From an uncultured delta proteobacterium (lineage in GTDB: Bacteria; Myxococcota_A; Polyangia; Polyangiales; Polyangiaceae), in the NCBI GenBank assembly GCA_963806225.1, contig CAWDXG010000004.1, positions 3,744,001-3,808,000 on the forward strand: 64,000 nt of DNA. Direction: 5' to 3'. Shown in pieces: positions 39,570 through 49,225 of this stretch (within the stretch, counting starts at the first letter, position 1; each line of letters begins with the position of its first letter). The position numbers and the translations under genes are program-made. Below the pieces are notes generated by a model. That model was not told the DNA's origin. It worked only from the letters and a program-made list of their open reading frames with translations, and made no database searches.

Positions 39570-39865
39570 CGGGACCTCCTGACTTTGGCAAGCGACGACC
39601 GACCAGCGTAGCCCAGAACGCGACAAGCAGGAATCAGCGGCCAGCCCCGCCGGCAACGACTCCCTTGGCCCCGCCTACACCGGCAAGCGTTGCACCCCCC
39701 GCCGCGTGCCCCGCACAACTGCCGATCGCGCCGGGTCCTTTTCCCGCCGCAGTGAGTGGTCCGCTTGTTGCCCTTGACCCCTGGGGTGGGGGGCCATCTC
39801 TATTTGCTGCGGCGCATTGGTAACCGTGCGCCGGGGGCGTGCTGTGGCTGTGAAAAAGGCAGCGC

Positions 39866-42478
39866 GTGAGGGCGCGCTTCTTCAAGGGTTGGCCCCGGCT
39901 GGCCGCCGCGCTGGGCGTCTCTGCCGCTCTCGCCATCGCCTGCTCGGGCCCGCATGACCTGCCTCCGCACCTGACCGGAGGCGGCTCCGGGGGAAGCGCC
40001 GGCGGGACTGCTCCCGATTCGGGTGGCCCGTGCACCAACGGCCAGACGCGCGATTGCAGCGTCACCCTGGGCGAGCACAACGGAGTGCTCACTTGCTACG
40101 ACGGAACACGGACCTGCGTCGGGGGCAGCTGGGGCGCGTGCGGCGACGGCACGGTGAACAACCGCGCCGGCACCAGCGGAGGCAACGGGCGTTCCTCCCA
40201 GTCGCTGAGCTCGCCGACATTGTGCCAGAACAACCCCTGCGACCCTTCCTGCCGGAGCTTCAACGAACAGCCGGACGCCGGCATCACCTCCGACGCAGCG
40301 ACCCCGAAGTTCACCTGGTCCGGCGGCACGCTGAGCGGGCTCCCCACCGGCCTGGCCAACAAGGGCCTGAAGCAGCCCTGCAGCGACGGCTCGGACTGCC
40401 AGTTCAATTCCTACTGCCAGCACCCGATCACGAGCTCGGTCTGCACACATAGCAAGTGCCAGACCGGCGCCGGGCTCGACGCAACCTGCGACAGCACCAA
40501 CTCGTGCATCCAGAACATCTGCTCGGCCAACCCATCCTGCTGCGACCAGCCGCGCACCACGAGCTGCAGCCACGACCCCTGCGACAAAGGCTCCGCTCTC
40601 GGCTCGGGCTGCGACACCTGCGCGCAGAAGGTGTGCAGCTACGACTCGTCTTGCTGCAACAACAAGTGGGACAACTTCTGCGTCTCCGAGGCCGACACCT
40701 ACTGCGGTTGCCCGCTCACGACTCCCGGCGACTGGAACCAGAGTTGCGTGGACGCGGTGAACACGGTCTGCGACGCCAGGTGCGGGACCGGCTCGCCGTC
40801 GCCGGACGACGGCACCTGCGTCCCGTGGCTGCCGGGGCAGACCGATTCGTCGTGTTCTGGCATCGACCTGTCCGTCGGCGTGGCGTGCGACAGCAGCGGC
40901 GTCGGTACGATACCGGTGTGCAACCACGGCACGCAGACAGCCAATGCTGGCATCACGATCGTCACGTTCGCCGCCAACTCGAACCAGTATCCGCAGTGCG
41001 CGCCCGATCTGTCCAAAGCCAAGGCGACGTGCACGACGAACGCCCCGATCCCGCCGGGCCAGTGCATCAACGTGACGGGCTGTCTCCCGCTGAACGACAT
41101 GGAGATCATGGTCAATCCGGCGGGGTCGACGCACAAGCCCGAGTGCAGCTGCCAGGACAACTGGTCGCTGTACAAGGGCGGCACAACGTGCGGCCCTCCC
41201 AGCTGTTCAGGAGTGAAGAGCGAGGCGACCTTCAAGCCGGTCAACATCTACTTCACGGTGGACAAGTCGGGCTCGATGTTCGGCGCGAAGTGGGACGGCA
41301 CCACCTCCGCTCTCCAGAGCTTCTTCACGTCGAATACCCCGAACATCGGAGCGGCGCTCGAGTTCTTCCCGCTGTGGTCGAGCGGCACGTACGGCGACGG
41401 CTGCGGCGACCCCACGTGTTCGACCATTCCCTGCTCGAACCCCATGGTCGGGCTTTCCACGCTTCCCTCGAACGCGCTGGCGAACGCCCTGGCCCAGGTC
41501 TGGCCCGGCGGCAGTACGCCGACCTACCCGGCTCTCGACGGCGCGCTGTCGTGGGCCGAGACCAACCAGGCAGCCAACCCGAACGCCATCTACGTCGTCG
41601 TGCTGGTGACGGATGGCGAGCCGACGGTCTGCGACATCAACAACAACGACATCGCCGCGCTTGCAGACAACGCCTACATCAACAACGGCATCCGCACGTA
41701 CACCATCGCGATGGCCGGAGCGAATGTCAGCGCGCTGGACCAGATCGCCAAGGCGGGCGGCACCGGCAAGGCATTCGTCATCAGCGGCACCACCAACGTC
41801 TCGCAGCAGCTGACGACGGCGCTGCAGTCGATCGCCGGACAGAACGCGTCGTGCAGCTTCGATCTGCCGAACCAGGGCGCCTTCGACCCGAACGACGCGA
41901 CCGTGTCCTACACCTCTGGCAGCGGCACCAGCACCACGCTGCCGAAGGCGCAGAACGCCGGCTCCTGCGGGGCGGGCTGGTACTACGACAACAACACCAA
42001 CCCGATCAGCGTCACCCTGTGCCCGCAGACCTGCACCCAGGTCCAGTCGGACCCGGGCGCGAAGGTCTCCGTACAGCTCGGCTGCCCGAAAGCCTACGGT
42101 CCGGTCACGTACACGCAGACCTACCAGGCGACCTGCCCTTCCGGAACGATGCCGCAGTGGGGATACCTCGCGTACGACACCACCACCCCGGTCAGCTCGA
42201 ACGTGAGCTTCCGGGTGCGCACCGCCAGCACGCAGGCCGGCCTTTCCTCGGCCCCCTACGTCGGCGCAGCCACAGCCCAGGCGTCACCCGACACGCAGCT
42301 CTGCCCGCTGTCCGGGCCGTCCCCGTGCCCGGTGGATCTCTACCCGAAGCTCGGTCAGTACGACGCCAACAACCCGTACCTGGAGCTTTCGGTCACGTTG
42401 AATCCCACTAGCGACCAGTCGCAGAGCCCGACGGTCAACAACTGGCAGCTCACGTATTCATGTCCGCCCGCACAGTAG
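39866..42478 (+). CDS. Cys-rich vWA-domain lipoprotein (adhesin-like), paralogue B
   Basis: LAIAC lipobox; MIDAS VDKSGSM, GSTPT, VTDGEP; large Cys-rich insert; C-terminal domain shared with paralogue A. Confidence 0.85.
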   Translation: MRARFFKGWPRLAAALGVSAALAIACSGPHDLPPHLTGGGSGGSAGGTAPDSGGPCTNGQTRDCSVTLGEHNGVLTCYDGTRTCVGGSWGACGDGTVNNRAGTSGGNGRSSQSLSSPTLCQNNPCDPSCRSFNEQPDAGITSDAATPKFTWSGGTLSGLPTGLANKGLKQPCSDGSDCQFNSYCQHPITSSVCTHSKCQTGAGLDATCDSTNSCIQNICSANPSCCDQPRTTSCSHDPCDKGSALGSGCDTCAQKVCSYDSSCCNNKWDNFCVSEADTYCGCPLTTPGDWNQSCVDAVNTVCDARCGTGSPSPDDGTCVPWLPGQTDSSCSGIDLSVGVACDSSGVGTIPVCNHGTQTANAGITIVTFAANSNQYPQCAPDLSKAKATCTTNAPIPPGQCINVTGCLPLNDMEIMVNPAGSTHKPECSCQDNWSLYKGGTTCGPPSCSGVKSEATFKPVNIYFTVDKSGSMFGAKWDGTTSALQSFFTSNTPNIGAALEFFPLWSSGTYGDGCGDPTCSTIPCSNPMVGLSTLPSNALANALAQVWPGGSTPTYPALDGALSWAETNQAANPNAIYVVVLVTDGEPTVCDINNNDIAALADNAYINNGIRTYTIAMAGANVSALDQIAKAGGTGKAFVISGTTNVSQQLTTALQSIAGQNASCSFDLPNQGAFDPNDATVSYTSGSGTSTTLPKAQNAGSCGAGWYYDNNTNPISVTLCPQTCTQVQSDPGAKVSVQLGCPKAYGPVTYTQTYQATCPSGTMPQWGYLAYDTTTPVSSNVSFRVRTASTQAGLSSAPYVGAATAQASPDTQLCPLSGPSPCPVDLYPKLGQYDANNPYLELSVTLNPTSDQSQSPTVNNWQLTYSCPPAQ

Positions 42479-43755
42479 GCCTTGCCGCTCTGGGGCTCTG
42501 CCTCGGCGCGGGCTGCTCCAGCACGCCGAATCCGGCGCCGTTGCGCGGCGGCGCCGGCGGAAGCGGCGCCTCGGGGGGAACCAGCGCTTCGGGGGGAACC
42601 GGCGCCGCTGGCGGCACCGGCGCCTCGGGCGGGTCGGCAGGCGGTGGTGCCGGAGGTAGCGCCGGCCAGGACGGTGGCGCGGGCAGCGGCGGCAGCGGCG
42701 GCAAGTGCGGCGACGGCGTCGTCCAGTCCGGCGAGGAGTGCGATGGGACCCACCTCAACGGCCAGACCTGCAAAACGCTCGGCTTCGACAGCGGCTCGCT
42801 CGCCTGCAAGAGCTGCAAGCTCGACTCCAGCGGCTGCACAGGGCAGGAGCACTGCACCGACGGCGTCGACAACGACGGCGATCATCTGATCGACTGCGCC
42901 GACCCCGACTGCACGGCCAAGTGCGCCGACCCCTGCGCCAACGTGATCGCCTTGTCCGACCCCGGGAATGCGTCGGGCTTTACCGCCGGACACGCCACGC
43001 TTGGACTGCCGAGCTGCGGGCGCACGGGGGGCAAGGCTGCGCCCGCGGTCGCGTACAGCTTCACCGCCGCCCAGAGCGGCGTGCTCGACATCGGGCTCAC
43101 CAGCAGCGCGCCTCTCGTCATATCCGTCCGGACCAGCTGCAGCAATGCATCGAGCGAGACTTTCTGCAGCTTCCTGCCGCAGAGCAGCGTTTCCATCCAG
43201 AAAGGCAACACGGTGTACGTCTTGGTCACCGGTCCGGATGCGAACGAGACCGGCGCGTACACGCTGTCCCTCGGTTCGCGCGTCCCGAAGTGCGGGGACG
43301 GCATCCGCGACAGCGGCGAGGAGTGCGACGACGGCAATCCCAATCCGGGTGACGGTTGCAGCGCGACGTGCACCATCGAAAGCGACGAGACAGAACCGAA
43401 CGACACGGTCGCCCAGGCGAACAGCTACGTCGACCAGTTCCATGCGCAGATCAAGCCGAGCGGCGATGTCGACGTGGTCAAGGTCACGCTGCCCAGCTCG
43501 GGCTCCGCGCTCACCGCGGACACTTTCGATTACGGCGACGGCGCGTGCTACAAGCAGCTGCTGGACAGCGCGATCGATATCATCGGCACCGACGGTACGA
43601 CGGTCATCGCGAGTGACGACGACAGCGGTTCCGGACTGTGCGCCCACGCCGTAGCTTCCGGCCTGGCCGCCGGGACCTACTACGTCCGCGTCAAGGCCTC
43701 GCCTTTCGCCGACACGCCGACCTTCCCGTACGTACTAAACGTCGCCGTCCAGTAG
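42460..43755 (+). CDS. Lipoprotein with myxobacterial Cys-rich repeats and PPC-like beta-sandwich domains
   Basis: LGAGC lipobox; CGDGVVQSGEECD, CTDGVDNDGDHLIDCADPDC, CGDGIRDSGEECDDGN..GDGCSATC, ETEPNDT, DDDSG, AGTYYVRV. Confidence 0.85.
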   Translation: MSARTVGLAALGLCLGAGCSSTPNPAPLRGGAGGSGASGGTSASGGTGAAGGTGASGGSAGGGAGGSAGQDGGAGSGGSGGKCGDGVVQSGEECDGTHLNGQTCKTLGFDSGSLACKSCKLDSSGCTGQEHCTDGVDNDGDHLIDCADPDCTAKCADPCANVIALSDPGNASGFTAGHATLGLPSCGRTGGKAAPAVAYSFTAAQSGVLDIGLTSSAPLVISVRTSCSNASSETFCSFLPQSSVSIQKGNTVYVLVTGPDANETGAYTLSLGSRVPKCGDGIRDSGEECDDGNPNPGDGCSATCTIESDETEPNDTVAQANSYVDQFHAQIKPSGDVDVVKVTLPSSGSALTADTFDYGDGACYKQLLDSAIDIIGTDGTTVIASDDDSGSGLCAHAVASGLAAGTYYVRVKASPFADTPTFPYVLNVAVQ

Positions 43756-43818
43756 CAGCGGAGCCGGCGAAGGTGACGCCGCTCATCCCCGATGCTCGCG
43801 ACGGCTGCCTATCCGTGA

Positions 43819-45105
<1,287 letters not shown>

Positions 45106-45421
45106 GCGCCCACGACGCGAGAGCGGCTGTCTGGGTGGGTCCTGGCAGCCGCTACACGTCACGGATACGCAGCCCCCGCGCCGCGCGGCGCGTCCCAGCC
45201 TCGTCGTGCAACGCGCCGCGAGCGCCAACCAAGCTTTCGTAGGCCATTCGGATGCGCGAGCCGTTCCCGTCGGCAGACACGTCCGGGGGTGCGCCGCGCA
45301 TCCGCGCGAGCGAGCGCCAGAGCGGTCGCGGCGGCGCGCATGGAGCGCGGCAGCCTTCGCGCGCTCGCGAGAGGGCTCGCGGCGCTCGCGACGGCGCTTG
45401 CGCGGTTGCTGGGCACGGCGC

Positions 45422-45572
45422 GCGTCTCCCGCCTGTTTTCGCCCCCAAGCTCGAGCTTGGCGTGCTTTTCAGGCGTCGCGCGCCTGTTTTCGACTCCAAG
45501 CTCCGCTTGGCGCCCTTTTCAAGCGTCTCGCGCCTGTTTTCGACTCCAAGCTCGAGCTTGGGCGCATTTTCG
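45422..45572. repeat. Non-coding tandem repeat, ~50-51 bp x3, each with a CCAAGCTCGAGCTTGG-type palindrome
   Basis: Units start at 45422, 45473 and 45523. Consensus GCGTCtCgCGCCTGTTTTCGactCCAAGCTCgaGCTTGGcg..cTTTTC. Confidence 0.88.
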
Positions 45573-45748
45573 CGCGCCGCGCACCTCCACCGACGCCTGG
45601 TCGCGGGATGCGCTCGATGTGGTGGGCCCGCGCGCGGCGGAGGCGCGCGCTTGGGACCACCTGGCGCGCGCAGCGGAGCGAGCACGGCAGGCCGCTTCGC
45701 CACGGGCAGTGTGGAGGGCAACCCCAGACCTTCCGGCCCGGTCGATTA

Positions 45749-45786
45749 TGTAGCAAAATGCCACGATTTTGTGACATTTTGCTACA
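45749..45786. promoter_or_regulatory. 38-bp AT-rich inverted repeat (possible protein-binding site or hairpin)
   Basis: TGTAGCAAAATGCCAC-GATTTT-GTGACATTTTGCTACA: 16-bp arms with one mismatch and a 6-nt spacer. Confidence 0.6.
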
Positions 45787-45873
45787 GTTTGCACTGGATC
45801 GAGGCTGTTGCGGCCGTCGCGCTGGGCTGCGACCGACAGCGCCGGCCCGGCGCGCAGCCCGCGGCGCCGAGCG

Positions 45874-46770
45874 CTACTCCACCCGATGCCGCCGCGGGCC
45901 CAGGCCGAGCACGCGCAGCGGCTCGTCGGAGGCGCGGAACTCGGTCTCGTCGCCGAGCCGCACGTCGATGACCTTGTAGGGGCCGTCGAGGAACATGCAC
46001 GCCTCCTGCATCTGGCTCTGTGCCACGACGCGCGTGCCCGGATCGACCAGCACCCGCAACAGGCGGTAGCGACGGTTGAAGGGCGCGTAGGGTTCGCGCA
46101 CCACCAGCTGCAGCTTCTTCGAGCCGAGCGGCAGCACCTTGCCGCCGGCCGAGCGCTGCGCGGCGGTGGAGCCGGCGGCCGGCCCGATCCAGAAGCCGCT
46201 GGAGCGTTGCTCTTCGCGCACGCGTCGGTGTCTGAGGATGTAGCGCGAAGTCGCCGCCGGCGAGGTGTGGCAGTACAGGGCCTCGTTGAGCACGCGCCGC
46301 GAGCGCACGCGGCCGTTCACGATCACCGCCATCCGCGTCAACAGGATGCTCTTGGCGTGCCCCTCGAAGGCCTGCTCCAGCATCTCCTCGAGCCCCTTGC
46401 GCGTGGCCGCGCAGAAGAAGCCGACGCTGTGCCGCGGCGCGCTGTTCACACCGAGGATGGGCACCGAGCCGACGTTGTGCGACGCGGCCAGGAGCGTGCC
46501 GTCACCGCCCACGGCGATCACGAGCCGCGCGTCGGCGGTATCGAACGTGGCGTGCGCGTCGTTCACCAGCACGGCGCGCGCTCCGAGCCGGCCCAGGATG
46601 CGATCCACTTCCTCCAGCGTGCGCATGTGCGCCTTGTGCGCCTCCATCCAGTGCGAAACGCTCGGATCGCGGCGGCGGAGCAGCGCGCGCGCGCGCGGGT
46701 CGCCCTCCTCCTCCACGTAGCGGCTGTAGGCCGACCGCTTGGCGACCACCACGACGCGGGGAGCGCTCAC
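45874..46770 (-). CDS. nadK: NAD(+)/NADH kinase
   Basis: VGGDGTLL, PILGVN, SVGFF, LNEA, AAGSTA..RSAGG. The GTG at 46770 overlaps the NUDIX stop. Confidence 0.88.
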   Translation of the reverse strand: MSAPRVVVVAKRSAYSRYVEEEGDPRARALLRRRDPSVSHWMEAHKAHMRTLEEVDRILGRLGARAVLVNDAHATFDTADARLVIAVGGDGTLLAASHNVGSVPILGVNSAPRHSVGFFCAATRKGLEEMLEQAFEGHAKSILLTRMAVIVNGRVRSRRVLNEALYCHTSPAATSRYILRHRRVREEQRSSGFWIGPAAGSTAAQRSAGGKVLPLGSKKLQLVVREPYAPFNRRYRLLRVLVDPGTRVVAQSQMQEACMFLDGPYKVIDVRLGDETEFRASDEPLRVLGLGPRRHRVE

Positions 46771-47447
46771 GTGTACCTCTCCGCGAGGCGGCGGAGCGCA
46801 AGCTCCGTCTTGGCGTCCTCGATCGCGCCGGCAGCGCACAGCCCGAGCGCCTCGCCGAGCGCGAGCGAGACGACGCGACCGAAGCGTTCGAGTGCGGAGC
46901 CATCGAGCCCGGGCTCCGAGCGCGTCTCCGGGTCGACCTCGACCTCGAAGTAGAAATGCCGCTCGGCAATCACGCCGGGGGTGGGAAAGGTGCTGGGCCC
47001 AAGCGGGCGGAGCGCAGCAGCTGGCACGACGAAGCCGAGCTCCTCGTGAAGCTCGCGCGCGGCCGAGAGCTGCACGCCGGCTTCGCTCTGCTCGTCCGGC
47101 TCGACCAGCCCCGCCGGCACCTCCCAGAGCCCGCCGGTTCCAGCTTCTTCCATCGGCGAGCGCGCGGGATCGCGATTGAAAACGGGCGGCCTCATGGCGC
47201 TGCGAAGGTACACGTGGCGCGCGCCTTCCCGCGCGAAGTGCGCCACGATCACCACCGCGTCGATGGCCTTGCGATCGACCTCGTCGTAGACGAACGGCTG
47301 ACTGACGCTGCCGTCCGGGTAGTGCGCCCGGTAACGGCGACGCACCAGCTCGAGGAACCCGGGCGGCTGCTCGGGCGAGATGTCCTCGACCAGCTCGAGG
47401 CGGATGTCCGGCAGCGCCGGGGCGGTCTTGCCGTGGGAAGCGCTCAT
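46767..47447 (-). CDS. NUDIX hydrolase (ADP-ribose pyrophosphatase-like)
   Basis: EVPAGLVE...AARELHEELG Nudix box, TPG, IEDAKT. Confidence 0.88.
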   Translation of the reverse strand: MSASHGKTAPALPDIRLELVEDISPEQPPGFLELVRRRYRAHYPDGSVSQPFVYDEVDRKAIDAVVIVAHFAREGARHVYLRSAMRPPVFNRDPARSPMEEAGTGGLWEVPAGLVEPDEQSEAGVQLSAARELHEELGFVVPAAALRPLGPSTFPTPGVIAERHFYFEVEVDPETRSEPGLDGSALERFGRVVSLALGEALGLCAAGAIEDAKTELALRRLAERYT

Positions 47448-47459
47448 GGCGCCGGGAGC

Positions 47460-48299
47460 CTAGCAGTTCGGGCCGCAGCTCGCGGTCCAGACACCACCAT
47501 CGCCCGGTCCGAACAGGATCTCGTCGGGCTGGTTCTGGCAGTCGAAGTGGACGTAGGAGCTGGTGCGCCCACAGGCGTCGTGCGCGTCGAGCTGGTTGAT
47601 GGTGACGGAGACGATGGAGAACCCCGAGCCGACCGCGCTCGACAGGTCCAGGCTCAACGTATTGCCGACGAGGGGCAGGCTGCCGGTGATGGTCGGGAAA
47701 GTGACGGCGCCGGTGGAGGTGTTCTTCACCGCCAGGTCGATGTTGTAGTCCACGCTGTCGAGCTCTAGCGGATAGTCGGCGTTGACGGTCAGGATGTGCG
47801 TCGCGGGGTCATAGCCGGTGGGGGCGTTGGCGAGCGTCTTGCAGGTCAGGTAGGGGTTGTACGGGTCGCCGCCGTCGACGCCGGCTTCACCGGTCGTGCC
47901 ACCCGTACCGCTGTCGGCCGCGCCGGCTTCCGGAGTGCCGCCGTCTGCGGGACACGCAATGCAGCCACCGGCAACGAGGTTTACCGTCCCCGCACCGCAG
48001 GTGAACACGTCGGGCATCGCGTCGATCACGTCCGGCGCGGCGTCGCCCGCGTCGGGCATCGCGTCGATCACGTCCGGCGCGGCATCGCCCACATCGGGTG
48101 CCGCGTCGGCGGTCACATCGGGTGCCGCGTCGGCGGTCACATCGGGTGCCGCATCCGCGCCTCCGGCGCCTCCGCCGGACACCGAGCCCTCGGCGGCCGA
48201 AGCGTCCCCGGCGGGGTGCTTCTTCTTCGAGTCGCTGCCGCACGCCCCGACGAGCCCAGCGGCCAGGATGGAAACGGCGCCAAGGTGGCGGAATCTCAC
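47460..48299 (-). CDS. Lipoprotein with Asp/Ala-rich repeat linker
   Basis: LVGAC lipobox; AAPDVTAD and DAAPDVIDAMPD duplications; C-terminal beta-sandwich-like domain with Cys. Confidence 0.75.
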   Translation of the reverse strand: MRFRHLGAVSILAAGLVGACGSDSKKKHPAGDASAAEGSVSGGGAGGADAAPDVTADAAPDVTADAAPDVGDAAPDVIDAMPDAGDAAPDVIDAMPDVFTCGAGTVNLVAGGCIACPADGGTPEAGAADSGTGGTTGEAGVDGGDPYNPYLTCKTLANAPTGYDPATHILTVNADYPLELDSVDYNIDLAVKNTSTGAVTFPTITGSLPLVGNTLSLDLSSAVGSGFSIVSVTINQLDAHDACGRTSSYVHFDCQNQPDEILFGPGDGGVWTASCGPNC

Positions 48300-48382
48300 G
48301 CCCCGATGCTACCCGCTACGCGACGCCGGGAGAAGCCCGCCGTTGCTTGCCGGTGCGGCGGACGCAGGGTATCGACCCATCC

Positions 48383-49225
48383 ATGGCACGCTCCAGAGTC
48401 CTGGTCGCGTTGGTGCTCGGCGCCGCCGCGCTCTTTGGCCTTTCGCTTCCTCCGGCGCCAGCCCAGGCGCGTCCGGCCGCAAGCGCGAAGGCCAAGCTCG
48501 ATCTTGCAAAGCTCAAGGCGGATCTCGAAAGCGGGGATGAGACCCGTATACAGGCGGCCCTCGACAGCATCGAGAAGTCGGGGGATGCGAAGGCGGCGCC
48601 CCTGGTGGAGGCGCTGCTCGTCCGCGGTGTGCGGCGCAAGACCTGCGTGCGCGCGCTGGAAGTCGCCGGCGCTCTGAAACAGGAGTCGTCGAGCTCCGCC
48701 ATCGCACCCTACGTCCGCCACCGGCGCTCGAAGATCCGGCACGCGGCGGTCCGGGCGCTGATCAAGACCAAGGGTCCGGTCGCGGTGAAGGCGCTGCGCC
48801 ATGCGCTGCACAGCCGCGACGCGATGGTGCGGGGCATCGCGGCCAGCGGGCTCGGAGCGCTGGGTGCGAAGCAGGCGCTGCCCGACCTGTTCAGCGCGCT
48901 CGATCACCACGTGGGGGAAGCCGCTGCGGCCATCGGCCAGATCTGCGAACCCACGGATTGCGAGAACTTCGCATCACGCCTGGAGAAGCAGCCCTTCGAC
49001 ATCATGGTCAGCGGGTTCGACCAGATCCTGTTCCGCCCGGCCAAGCAGATACCCGACGACGAGAAGATCCGCATCGTTGGACGGCTGCGCGAGCTCGGCA
49101 CGCGCGAAGCGGGCAAGTACCTCGCTGATGTGGCCGGGCGCTGGCCGAAGGGCTGGAGCAAACGGGTCAAGCAGGCTTTGGATTCCGCGGTGAAAGCCAC
49201 CGGCGGCGTGGTGGAGGGCAACTGA
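48383..49225 (+). CDS. Secreted HEAT-repeat protein
   Basis: Signal peptide ..PAPAQA; IRHAAVRAL, VRGIAASGLGALG..ALPDL. The stop overlaps the next ATG. Confidence 0.8.
   Translation: MARSRVLVALVLGAAALFGLSLPPAPAQARPAASAKAKLDLAKLKADLESGDETRIQAALDSIEKSGDAKAAPLVEALLVRGVRRKTCVRALEVAGALKQESSSSAIAPYVRHRRSKIRHAAVRALIKTKGPVAVKALRHALHSRDAMVRGIAASGLGALGAKQALPDLFSALDHHVGEAAAAIGQICEPTDCENFASRLEKQPFDIMVSGFDQILFRPAKQIPDDEKIRIVGRLRELGTREAGKYLADVAGRWPKGWSKRVKQALDSAVKATGGVVEGN

Noticed and set aside
36214..39591. Very long alternative-frame ORFs (e.g. 36214..39591, 5667..8087, 24466..26325, 40456..42411)
   Set aside because: Arg/Ala/Gly-rich shadows of real genes, expected in high-GC DNA; no motifs.
45422..45572. 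Possible mini-CRISPR array
   Set aside because: Whole units are conserved with no unique spacers, and no cas genes are present in the window.
45729..45756. dif-like site (TTATGTAGCAA resembles a XerD arm)
   Set aside because: The position expected for the XerC arm (CCTTCCGGCCC) has no CATAA-like match.
45152..45979. ORFs in the eno-nadK gap (45152..45721, 45206..45979, 45252..45971 and others)
   Set aside because: Low-complexity translations of the repeats, with no RBS, motif or consistent codon bias.
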